From IMG/VR virus record IMGVR_UViG_3300032086_003078, positions 1 through 64,000 of that record: a DNA stretch of 64,000 nucleotides; one strand, given 5' to 3'. Both the position numbers and the translations under genes were made by a program. Source of the DNA: a virus. The notes beneath the pieces were generated by a model, which saw only the letters and a program-made list of their open reading frames with translations, ran no database searches and was not told the DNA's origin. This document shows positions 8,525 through 16,391 of the stretch, piece after piece. The stretch's first letter is position 1, and each line of letters begins with the position of its first letter.

Positions 8525-9182
8525 GTGTAAAGTAGAGAAGCCAATGACTAAAGAGTATTTTTATACGGCTCCTCTACACAGGCAGAAAACAGGGTTCAGG
8601 TCCCAGTGTCGTGACTGTTATGCTCTTTATCGTCAAGAAAATAGAGAGAAGATAAGAAAGTCAAATAAAGCAACTTACGACAAGAACTATGCTAGCAAAT
8701 ACAGTGCTAGAAGAAAAGAGTATGTTAAAACGGAGCACGCTAGAGAAGTCAATAGGAAATGGAAAGAAAAAAACAAAGATAGGCTCTTGGAACATAAAAG
8801 AAAGTATATGAGAGAATACTATGGGAGAAGGCTTAAAGAAGAGCCAGAGTTGCGACTACGATTTAATGTATCTAGAAATGTTCGCTTCGCCATAAAAAGA
8901 AGCCAAGGCTCAAAGCGTGGTAAAAGCACTTTTGATTATTTACCCTATACACCAGAAGAGTTAAGGCAGCATTTAGAACTACAGTTTGACGATAATATGA
9001 ACTGGGAAAACTATGGAGCATATTGGGACATAGACCACATTTATCCTCAATCAAAACTTCCTTATGATAGTTTAGAGCACCCAAACTTTACAAAATGTTG
9101 GTCCCTTGATAATCTACAACCACTAGAGAAAAAAGAGAACATAAGAAAAGGAAATAAGACCATTGACGGAAACAAAAAATAA
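8499..9182 (+). CDS. HNH homing endonuclease with N-terminal zinc finger
   Basis: CxxC pairs (CTRC, CRDC); HLELQF..MNWENYG..WDIDHIYP...NLQPL...EN.RKGN HNH core. Confidence 0.85.
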   Translation: MKETKTCTRCKVEKPMTKEYFYTAPLHRQKTGFRSQCRDCYALYRQENREKIRKSNKATYDKNYASKYSARRKEYVKTEHAREVNRKWKEKNKDRLLEHKRKYMREYYGRRLKEEPELRLRFNVSRNVRFAIKRSQGSKRGKSTFDYLPYTPEELRQHLELQFDDNMNWENYGAYWDIDHIYPQSKLPYDSLEHPNFTKCWSLDNLQPLEKKENIRKGNKTIDGNKK

Positions 9183-9191
9183 TATTATTAT
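9163..9191 (+). promoter_or_regulatory. Promoter with conserved TTGACGGAAACAAAAAA box
   Basis: TTGACG-17 nt-TATTAT; the same box recurs at 10088, 46138 and 52983. Confidence 0.6.
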
Positions 9192-9217
9192 GTGCCCGCA
9201 AAGTGCGGAACAAAAGG

Positions 9218-9246
9218 TTGACATTTAGTGCTAGGTGAGGTATAGT
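9218..9246 (+). promoter_or_regulatory. Near-consensus sigma70 promoter
   Basis: TTGACA-17 nt-TATAGT. Confidence 0.75.
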
Positions 9247-9260
9247 TGTATCAAATGAAG

Positions 9261-9328
9261 TTACCCCGCTCGTAGCGGGTGGGGCTGGAAACAGCCAGTT
9301 AGGTGGGGTGGTTGCCTAACACCTTTTT
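9261..9328 (+). ncRNA. Structured 5' leader or small RNA (three hairpins, possible pseudoknot, U-tract)
   Basis: GC-rich island with stems cccgct/agcggg, ggctg-GAAA-cagcc and gttaggt/gcctaac, followed by accttttt. Confidence 0.55.
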
Positions 9329-9342
9329 AGGGAAAACAAAGA

Positions 9343-9921
9343 ATGAACAACATTGAGGACATTAAAAACAAATGGGAGAACGCAAGGCTTCTAGAAGAAC
9401 TACCAGAAGACGAGCAATATTCTATGAGTCAATTGTTAGAAAATGAAGCAAGACATATTCTATCTACTTACCAAGATGTAAATGAAAGTCAATTAGCATA
9501 CATTTGTTTTCCTTTAATTCGCAGGATATTCCAATCATTAGGTTTTTTTGAAGAAGGTGATTGCCCACTCACTTTCACATACGAAACAAGTGCTCTTCCC
9601 GCATTTACCTACTTCAAGCCAGACGAAGAAGAATCAAGTGTTGCAACAACTCAGGTTTATGATTTTGAATCCTCGCCAAGCAAAGAAGTAGTTGAGAAAA
9701 TCTGTTCTAATTGTTATTATTCTCTGGATGCGGAAGTTGGACTAACAGCAGAACTCGCTGAAAGATTCAGAAACGAACTTAACGAGAAACACAAAGGAAA
9801 ACATCTTATTTTTGGAGATCCAATTATGATGAGAGAAGAAGACGGCGAAAGGATTTATTCTTATCGTTGTGCGGTTTTACCGGGAGGTTCAAGATTACAC
9901 GAAGGAGGATATAAAGAATGA
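9343..9921 (+). CDS. Truncated paralog of the major capsid protein
   Basis: KWENARLLEEL...SMSQLLENEA...CFPLIRRIF and YYSLDAEVGLTAELAE match MCP KWQKTGLLEGL...SMARLLENQA...AFPIVRRVF and YHNLDAEVELTSILSE. Confidence 0.8.
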   Translation: MNNIEDIKNKWENARLLEELPEDEQYSMSQLLENEARHILSTYQDVNESQLAYICFPLIRRIFQSLGFFEEGDCPLTFTYETSALPAFTYFKPDEEESSVATTQVYDFESSPSKEVVEKICSNCYYSLDAEVGLTAELAERFRNELNEKHKGKHLIFGDPIMMREEDGERIYSYRCAVLPGGSRLHEGGYKE

Positions 9922-10082
9922 AAGCCGGTGACTTGGTAAAAGCACACAATAAAGCACAAACTATTGGGGTTGTTATGTGTGTTGAGGCATCCCGTATACA
10001 GGTTCTTGCCGAGGGCGAAATGTGCTGGTGGTGGGAACATAATGCGACGATTATTTCAGAGGTTGTAAGTGAAAGTCGGTGA
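9918..10082 (+). CDS. Small KOW/SH3-like protein (54 aa, not in ORF track)
   Basis: AGGAGG SD; MKAGDLVKAH...IGVVM...RIQVL...VVSESR. Confidence 0.7.
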   Translation: MKAGDLVKAHNKAQTIGVVMCVEASRIQVLAEGEMCWWWEHNATIISEVVSESR

Positions 10083-10273
10083 TGATTTTGACGGAAACAA
10101 AAAATAAGATTATAAAACATCCGTACATTAGAGTAGAATATGAATGGGAAGTTCTAGAAGAGAACATTCCAGGCAAAGAAGTTTACCCTCCAATGACAGC
10201 ACTTCACGATGTTATGTTTATGAGGCTCCGAAGATTGAGCGACGGATTTATTTATGAAACTAGACAAAAATAA
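10079..10273 (+). CDS. Hypothetical protein (start uncertain)
   Basis: Fills the gap between + strand genes but overlaps a predicted promoter. Confidence 0.35.
   Translation: MMILTETKNKIIKHPYIRVEYEWEVLEENIPGKEVYPPMTALHDVMFMRLRRLSDGFIYETRQK
10088..10116 (+). promoter_or_regulatory. Promoter with conserved TTGACGGAAACAAAAAA box
   Basis: TTGACG-17 nt-TATAAA. Confidence 0.6.
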
Positions 10274-10757
10274 AATAGTTAAACAAATGACCGACTATGT
10301 TGTTGATGTTTTGGAGGAGAGGAGACCTGAGTTTTCAGGAATGCCAGTCTGTCCTTTTGTAAAACCAGACAGAATAACAGACCAGCTTTATATGGATGTT
10401 TTTGATAATACTCGTGACACACTTGTAGAAACGATCTTGAGGTTTGTTAAGTCAGGGAAAAGAAGCGCCCTGTTCGCACAGCCTAACGTTGATATTGGCA
10501 GCGAGGAAACAAAAGGATACCAAGAGTTTATAAACATTGTACTAGAAGAAAGTGGAAATGGGGATATTCTAGCTTTGTGTTTCAACCCTAATGATGATTT
10601 GGAGGTGGATGGTTATAACCCAAGATCAAGAGCGCCTTATTTTTTGATAAACATGGCATATAGGGATCATCTATCTAAGTCGCATCATATTCTACGAGAA
10701 ACAAAATACTATGATAACCTGCCCCCAAGCTATAAAAAGTACCTGAATGTAAAATGA
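10254..10757 (+). CDS. Hypothetical protein with CPF motif (DUF1415-like)
   Basis: MPVCPFVK near the N-terminus; FNP and RSRAPY later. Confidence 0.5.
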   Translation: MKLDKNKIVKQMTDYVVDVLEERRPEFSGMPVCPFVKPDRITDQLYMDVFDNTRDTLVETILRFVKSGKRSALFAQPNVDIGSEETKGYQEFINIVLEESGNGDILALCFNPNDDLEVDGYNPRSRAPYFLINMAYRDHLSKSHHILRETKYYDNLPPSYKKYLNVK

Positions 10758-11383
10758 AAATACTAATCAGTTCTTGTGTGTTTGGAAACAGAGTGAGGTG
10801 GAATGGTAGCAATCGCCGCTCTGAAGAGATACACGAGTGGGCTGAAGCCAACGGCTTTGAACTTGTTCCAATATGTCCAGAGCACGAGCTTTTTGGCACC
10901 CCACGAAAGCCAATCAGGCTCCGTCAAAAAGATGACGAAGTTTTGGGAATTATGGGCAACCAAGAAGTTTTCGGGCAACTAAAAGATAAATGCGATGAAA
11001 TCGCAGAAAGACACAACGATGTAGTTGGCTTCATTGGAATATCTAATTCACCTTCCTGCGGCTTATCTACAGGTGTAAAAGACAGAGGTTCAACAATAAA
11101 AGCACCTATGCATCAGAGCCTTGACTGTCCAACAACAGAGATAAGCTCAATGAATACGGAAGCAAATTGCAATACATTTTTAAAAAGAGTAAGAAAATAC
11201 GAGAACGACAAGAAGATAAAGAAACTTCACGACCTTGCTGTGTTGAGAGGGTCAAGTACATACCAAGATCCTGAGACCGGCTTCTTGGTTATGACGAGCC
11301 AGTATCTAAGTTCCAAAGGGTCTTGTTGCGAAACAGGCTGCCGCCACTGCCCTTGGGGAAAAGTAAGAAAGAACGGGAAATGA
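10754..11383 (+). CDS. DUF523/TudS-like Fe-S protein fused to a C-terminal Cys-rich DUF5522-like domain
   Basis: ILISSC..G..VRWNG, PICPE, GTPR, SPSCG (DUF523); YQDPETG...CCETGCRHCPW (DUF5522-like). Confidence 0.75.
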   Translation: MKILISSCVFGNRVRWNGSNRRSEEIHEWAEANGFELVPICPEHELFGTPRKPIRLRQKDDEVLGIMGNQEVFGQLKDKCDEIAERHNDVVGFIGISNSPSCGLSTGVKDRGSTIKAPMHQSLDCPTTEISSMNTEANCNTFLKRVRKYENDKKIKKLHDLAVLRGSSTYQDPETGFLVMTSQYLSSKGSCCETGCRHCPWGKVRKNGK

Positions 11384-11577
11384 AAATAGGCGATTTAGTA
11401 CAAAGCAATATCTTTTTAAAGACAGGTTCAGGACCATACGGACTTATAGTAGGAGAGTACCCAACACCAGGCTACTGGAATGTCAAATGGACTACCGCAG
11501 ACTGGGACCTCTCATATCAGCTTGCCGCAATGTACGAAGTGCATGAGAGAGATTTGGTGGTAGTTTCAGAATCATGA
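11380..11577 (+). CDS. Small KOW/SH3-like protein
   Basis: MKIGDLVQ...GLIVGE...WNVKW...VVSES; ATGA overlap with the upstream gene. Confidence 0.7.
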   Translation: MKIGDLVQSNIFLKTGSGPYGLIVGEYPTPGYWNVKWTTADWDLSYQLAAMYEVHERDLVVVSES

Positions 11578-11777
11578 GAGCAGGCGACCTCGTAAGATTC
11601 AGGGAATGTATTTGGCATATCGAGCCTAAAAAATATACTGATTGGAAAGTTGGACTTTTAATGGAGTATGTTTCCTGGACGAAGATAGCAAAGATACTTT
11701 ACGAGGGAGAGATATATACTGCTCGTGCTTGCGATGTTCAACTCCACAAGCGAGCCAAAAGAGAACGCCAGAACTAA
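11574..11777 (+). CDS. Small KOW/SH3-like protein
   Basis: MRAGDLVRF...VGLLME...AKILYEGE. Confidence 0.7.
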   Translation: MRAGDLVRFRECIWHIEPKKYTDWKVGLLMEYVSWTKIAKILYEGEIYTARACDVQLHKRAKRERQN

Positions 11778-11805
11778 TTACTCTTACTAAGGAGGTGTTA
11801 ATATT

Positions 11806-11991
11806 ATGCAAGAGAAACTTGATAATATACTTGGAAAATGGGCATCTCGCAAACTTATTGTTTGGGGCACAGCCACGGTTTTTTTAGCAGTCGGTTCTTT
11901 AACTAGTGGCGACTGGGTTGCTGTTTCACTAGCATATATCGGACTTCAGGGCGCTGCTGATATTGCTGCGACTTGGAGGCACGGCAAGTGA
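11806..11991 (+). CDS. Holin-like two-TM protein
   Basis: 61 aa; SRKL motif followed by two hydrophobic helices; AGGAGG SD; late-type motif ACTAATTA at 11773. Confidence 0.55.
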   Translation: MQEKLDNILGKWASRKLIVWGTATVFLAVGSLTSGDWVAVSLAYIGLQGAADIAATWRHGK

Positions 11992-12302
11992 AAGGACTTT
12001 GGTACAAGATGAAAAGCAGCGCTTGGTCACTTGCTTTCTTGGTTGTTATGGTCCTTGGTATGGCTTGGTTTGTTTATAATATTTTGCGTCCCACCAAAAA
12101 CAAGACTCAATACTTGGAAGGTGTTCAAGGAAAAATTAACGCTGCTATAAAAGAAAACCAAATCCGTGCTAAACTAGAGAAAGATAAGATTGGGGCAATC
12201 AAGAAGATTTACGATCAAAAACTTAAGGAAACAAAAGAAATACAAGATCGTGAAGAAAGATTGAAAGCCCTAATTAGATTGCACGAAGAACTAGATTTAT
12301 AA
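11988..12302 (+). CDS. N-terminal TM + coiled-coil protein (i-spanin-like topology)
   Basis: GGAGG SD, GTG at 11988; AWSLAFLVVMVLGMAWFVY followed by a charged coiled coil. Confidence 0.55.
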   Translation: MKGLWYKMKSSAWSLAFLVVMVLGMAWFVYNILRPTKNKTQYLEGVQGKINAAIKENQIRAKLEKDKIGAIKKIYDQKLKETKEIQDREERLKALIRLHEELDL

Positions 12303-12315
12303 GGAGACTAGTAAA

Positions 12316-13452
12316 ATGGTAGATATCCCTACACTAGACATTGAAGATTACGACCCAGACCTCAATGAGGAACAGGAGACGGTTGAAGATAAATCGGGTG
12401 GTGCCCTAACTTACGCTATTGTTGGCGCAGGTCAAGGTGGTGGTCGTATGGCTAAAGCCTTTTATGATATGGGCTACACAAAGACCGTTGCTGTGAATAC
12501 AGCCCGCTCTGACCTTAATGGTCTAGATATCCCAGAGAACCAAAAGTTCTTGGTCGATGAACACGGCGAGCAGGGTGCTGGCAAAGACCAAGCCAAAGCC
12601 GAAGCAGCCATCGAGCGTAAAGAACAAGAAGTGTTCAACAAGTTCCGTGAAGTATTCGGCAGCAACGTTGATCGCATTTTGATTTGTCTTGGTGTTTCGG
12701 GCGGCTCTGGCGGCGGCACAGTCAATACTCTTATCAAGGTAGCCAAGAAGTACTTCACCTACATCGGCGTTGAGAACGTTGATGAGCGTGTTGGTGTGAT
12801 TGCTTCCCTTCCAACTGCTGGTGAGTCTGCTTCCCCAACCGTAGCCAAGAACGCTCACACTCGCATTACCCAACTTTGCGGGCTCGCAGAAAAAGGAAAG
12901 ATCGCTCCACTCATTATGGTGGATAACGAAAAGATCAAAAAACTATATCCAAAACTCACAGTCAAGAAGTTCTGGACCACAATCAACAACACAGTCGCTG
13001 GCTTGTTCCACGTCTTCAACGTTCTAGCAAACCAAGACTCAGAATACACAACCTTTGATGCTACAGATTACGACAGTATCATGAAGCAGCCAGGCTGTAT
13101 GATTATGGGTGTTACCAGTGTCAAGAACCTTGAGAACGAAACTGCTGTCTCAAGTGCTCTCAAGAAGAACCTAGAGAAAACACTTCTCGCTGAAGGTTTC
13201 GACCTAACAACTGCTACAGGTGCTGCTTGTATTGTTGTTGGTAGCGAAGAGATCTTTGAAGAGACTGTTGGTTTGATGGACAACATTGAGTTCGGCTTCG
13301 ATACTTTAGCTGCTTTGACTGGTGGTGCTATGGTTCACCGTGGTATCTACGAGGACGACAAGAAAGACAAGCTCGTAACTTACACATTGGTCAGCGGTCT
13401 TAAGCGACCAGCCAAGCGAATTGAAGGACTAAAGAAATTCCTAAAGAAGTAA
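12316..13452 (+). CDS. FtsZ/tubulin-family GTPase
   Basis: VGAGQGGGRM (T1), AVNT, GAGKD (T3), GGSGGG signature (T4), VDN, TFDATD (T7-like). Confidence 0.92.
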   Translation: MVDIPTLDIEDYDPDLNEEQETVEDKSGGALTYAIVGAGQGGGRMAKAFYDMGYTKTVAVNTARSDLNGLDIPENQKFLVDEHGEQGAGKDQAKAEAAIERKEQEVFNKFREVFGSNVDRILICLGVSGGSGGGTVNTLIKVAKKYFTYIGVENVDERVGVIASLPTAGESASPTVAKNAHTRITQLCGLAEKGKIAPLIMVDNEKIKKLYPKLTVKKFWTTINNTVAGLFHVFNVLANQDSEYTTFDATDYDSIMKQPGCMIMGVTSVKNLENETAVSSALKKNLEKTLLAEGFDLTTATGAACIVVGSEEIFEETVGLMDNIEFGFDTLAALTGGAMVHRGIYEDDKKDKLVTYTLVSGLKRPAKRIEGLKKFLKK

Positions 13453-13453
13453 A

Positions 13454-13837
13454 ATGAGATTACTGGTTACAACATTATTATTGTTTTCCCTCAATGCTAC
13501 TGCTGGCGAGGTCACTGAATTCAAACCTCGCCCAGCAGCAGTTGAGGAAGGCAGCGACACTTATGTCGGCATTCTATTGAGCGAAGAAGACTTCCGCAAA
13601 CTCCTACAAGACAAGATCGACACCAATGCAAAAGTTGCAGAGTGCGATGTGGATAAAAAGGTTTGCACTCAACTCCAAGAGCAGTACAAACTATCCATCA
13701 AAAGTCTTCAGGAAACAATCCAAAAAGAAAACACTTGGTTTAAAAGAAACAAGGGCTCCCTTGGCCTATTGACTGGTGTTGTTATTGGAGTAGGGACTTC
13801 CATCGCTATTGTAAGGGCGGTACAGCCTAGCCAATGA
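13454..13837 (+). CDS. Exported coiled-coil protein with C-terminal TM
   Basis: Signal peptide MRLLVTTLLLFSLNATA; coiled coil; C-terminal LGLLTGVVIGVGTSIAIV. Confidence 0.6.
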   Translation: MRLLVTTLLLFSLNATAGEVTEFKPRPAAVEEGSDTYVGILLSEEDFRKLLQDKIDTNAKVAECDVDKKVCTQLQEQYKLSIKSLQETIQKENTWFKRNKGSLGLLTGVVIGVGTSIAIVRAVQPSQ

Positions 13838-14250
13838 ATAAAAAGAAAGACTATACATATATTGCTTCTATTGAAAAAGCAATTGCTGAAAAGTATGGAA
13901 AAGAAACAGTACAAGATTTTCGTAACTATTGGCACGAAGAAAAAGAAAAAGAATACTTGAACCAACTCAAGAGTATGAGAATAAAAAGAGATAAGTTTGC
14001 TTCAAATAAAGAAGAGTTGATTGTTGGCGATGTTCGCATATCCAAAAAAAGAAATACACAAAAAGAAGATCGCACCTGTCCTGTTTGTAAAACATATTCA
14101 TTTTCCAGGAAGGACGACCTATATATGAATAGGTTTAAATGCTGCCATGATTGCTATATAGACTTTGTATTTGGTCGAGAGCAAGAATGGAAAGACGGCA
14201 ACAGACCAACAGAAGAGCATATTGAAAATGCTTTAAGGAGACGAAAATAA
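13834..14250 (+). CDS. Zinc-binding hypothetical protein
   Basis: CPVC...CCHDC. Confidence 0.65.
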   Translation: MNKKKDYTYIASIEKAIAEKYGKETVQDFRNYWHEEKEKEYLNQLKSMRIKRDKFASNKEELIVGDVRISKKRNTQKEDRTCPVCKTYSFSRKDDLYMNRFKCCHDCYIDFVFGREQEWKDGNRPTEEHIENALRRRK

Positions 14251-14816
14251 TGGCTACTGTCCTAGACGTAATTAGAGGTTTGAATCAAGCTGCTGCAAAT
14301 GCTGGTGATTATGGTGGTGAATATGATGAAGATCAAAAGATTGGACTCAAGAGGGAAGAAGGTCACCCCATCCTAGATAGTCGTCTTATGGATGGTTTTA
14401 GGGTTCGTTTCTCTGGACCTAAAATGATTATCACTTATCAAAGCGAAATGCGTGTTGAAGAATTACACCCAAGAAACCAGTTCGAAAACGAAATCAACGC
14501 AAAGTTTGCAGACATCGTTAAGTTCCTAAAGAAGGAATATAAAAACATTACTAAAAACACTGTATCCCTAACAGAAGACTCCGATCCAGATATTTTAGTT
14601 CAAACAACATCACGTAAACATACATGGGTCCAGGCAACCAAGCAGTACGGCATAGGTGGTCTTGATGGTGTTGAGTCTAATCGTAAAGACTCTGAAAGAA
14701 CTGCCGACGCTAATAAGAGTTCTCATAAGAAGTTCTTGGACTTTTTAGAACAAGAAACAAACAAGAGATCTCCAAACGACAAGGCAAAGAAGAACCCAGA
14801 AACACCAGAGGCATAA
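14250..14816 (+). CDS. Hypothetical protein upstream of the terminase
   Basis: AGGAG SD; abuts terL. Confidence 0.65.
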   Translation: MATVLDVIRGLNQAAANAGDYGGEYDEDQKIGLKREEGHPILDSRLMDGFRVRFSGPKMIITYQSEMRVEELHPRNQFENEINAKFADIVKFLKKEYKNITKNTVSLTEDSDPDILVQTTSRKHTWVQATKQYGIGGLDGVESNRKDSERTADANKSSHKKFLDFLEQETNKRSPNDKAKKNPETPEA

Positions 14817-16388
14817 ATGTCTTTGAATAAGAAGGAGATGATGGCGGAGATAGTCCGCTGTGGTAAAGACCCTGCCTTCTTCTGTAAAAAGTATGCTAAG
14901 ATCTCTCACCCAATGAGAGGATCGATTCCGTTTGATCTTTATGACTTCCAGGAGGAGGCATTAAAAGATTTCAAAGAGAACCGATTTAGCGTTATTCTAA
15001 AAGCCCGTCAGTTAGGTATCTCCACAACCGTGGCTGCTTATGTTGCTTGGTTAATGCTTTTCCACAAAGACAAGAATGTTCTTGTCGTAGCAACCAAGCT
15101 AGGCACCGCAGCCAACCTTGTAAAGAAAATCAAGGCAATACATAAAAACTTACCAGCATGGTTGAAAATATCTGATATTGCTATTGACAACAGGAACTCT
15201 TTTGAGTTAACTAATGGCTCTCAAGTAAAGGCTTCATCAACTTCTGGCGATGCTGGTCGTTCAGAGGCATTGTCCCTACTTGTAATTGACGAGGCTGCTT
15301 TCGTCGAAGGTATTGACGAACTGTGGGCTGGTCTTTATCCTACTCTGTCAACTGGTGGTCGCTGTATCGCCCTCTCTACACCAAACGGTGTTGGTAACTG
15401 GTTCCACAGGACCTATACGGAGGCAGAAGAGAAAAAGAATGACTTTCATACTATCAAACTGCCCTGGAATGTACACCCAGAGCGAGACCAGGCTTGGTTT
15501 GAAAAAGAGACAAGAAATATGTCTCGCCGTGAAATCGCACAGGAGCTTGAGTGTAACTTTAATGCTTCAGGTGATACTGTAATTCACGGGGACGATCTAA
15601 AAAGAATTATTGAAAACTCTTACGAACCAAATCATAAAACTGGGTTTGATCGAAATTATTGGATCTGGAAGGAACCAGATCCGCATAGAGAGTACCTTTT
15701 AGTTGCCGACGTCGCAAGAGGAGACGGGTCAGATTTCAGCGTCGCTCACATCTTTGAGGTTGAAACCATGGAACAGGTTGCAGAGTATCAAGGAAAATTA
15801 ACACCCGATATGTTTGCACCTCTACTATATTCAATGGCATCAGAATATAATGATGCTTTGTTAGTCATAGAGAACAACTCTTTGGGTATCGGAGTGTTAA
15901 GCAGGTTGCAAGATTTAGACTATAAAAATTTATATTATAGTATAAAATCAACACATGAGTATGTTGACGAAGTCTCCGCTCAGGCACTGGGAGGTGTTGC
16001 TGGTTTCACAATGTCTATGAAAACCAGACCACTTGTTATTGCGAAGTTTGAGGAATTCGTGAGAAATAAACTAATTACTATTAATTCCATTCGCCTCGCA
16101 AACGAGATGAAGACATTTGTATGGCACAACGGAAGACCACAAGCCATGAGGAGCTATAACGACGACCTAGTAATTGCGGCTTGTATCGGTTGCTGGGTAA
16201 GAGGGACAGCCCTGACGGCAAACCAACGGGAGGCAGATTATAAAATGGCATTATTAAACAATATTTCTGTTTCCACTACTTCGTTAAACACAAAGATTGA
16301 AGGACAGCACGGCTTTCGAGGTCAAAAAACTACATTTACTGGCAATGATGGTAGAGTACATAACCTCGACTGGATAATTAAAGGATAA
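14817..16388 (+). CDS. terL: Terminase large subunit (T4 gp17-like)
   Basis: LYDFQ, KARQLGIST (Walker A), VIDEAAF (Walker B), STPNG, ADVARG...DFS, DDLV nuclease motifs. Confidence 0.97.
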   Translation: MSLNKKEMMAEIVRCGKDPAFFCKKYAKISHPMRGSIPFDLYDFQEEALKDFKENRFSVILKARQLGISTTVAAYVAWLMLFHKDKNVLVVATKLGTAANLVKKIKAIHKNLPAWLKISDIAIDNRNSFELTNGSQVKASSTSGDAGRSEALSLLVIDEAAFVEGIDELWAGLYPTLSTGGRCIALSTPNGVGNWFHRTYTEAEEKKNDFHTIKLPWNVHPERDQAWFEKETRNMSRREIAQELECNFNASGDTVIHGDDLKRIIENSYEPNHKTGFDRNYWIWKEPDPHREYLLVADVARGDGSDFSVAHIFEVETMEQVAEYQGKLTPDMFAPLLYSMASEYNDALLVIENNSLGIGVLSRLQDLDYKNLYYSIKSTHEYVDEVSAQALGGVAGFTMSMKTRPLVIAKFEEFVRNKLITINSIRLANEMKTFVWHNGRPQAMRSYNDDLVIAACIGCWVRGTALTANQREADYKMALLNNISVSTTSLNTKIEGQHGFRGQKTTFTGNDGRVHNLDWIIKG

Positions 16389-16391
16389 AAC

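Noticed and set aside
12316-13452. Tubulin as evidence of a nucleus-forming phiKZ-like phage
   Set aside because: Head and tail genes are T4-like, and no chimallin or multisubunit RNA polymerase is recognisable in this window.
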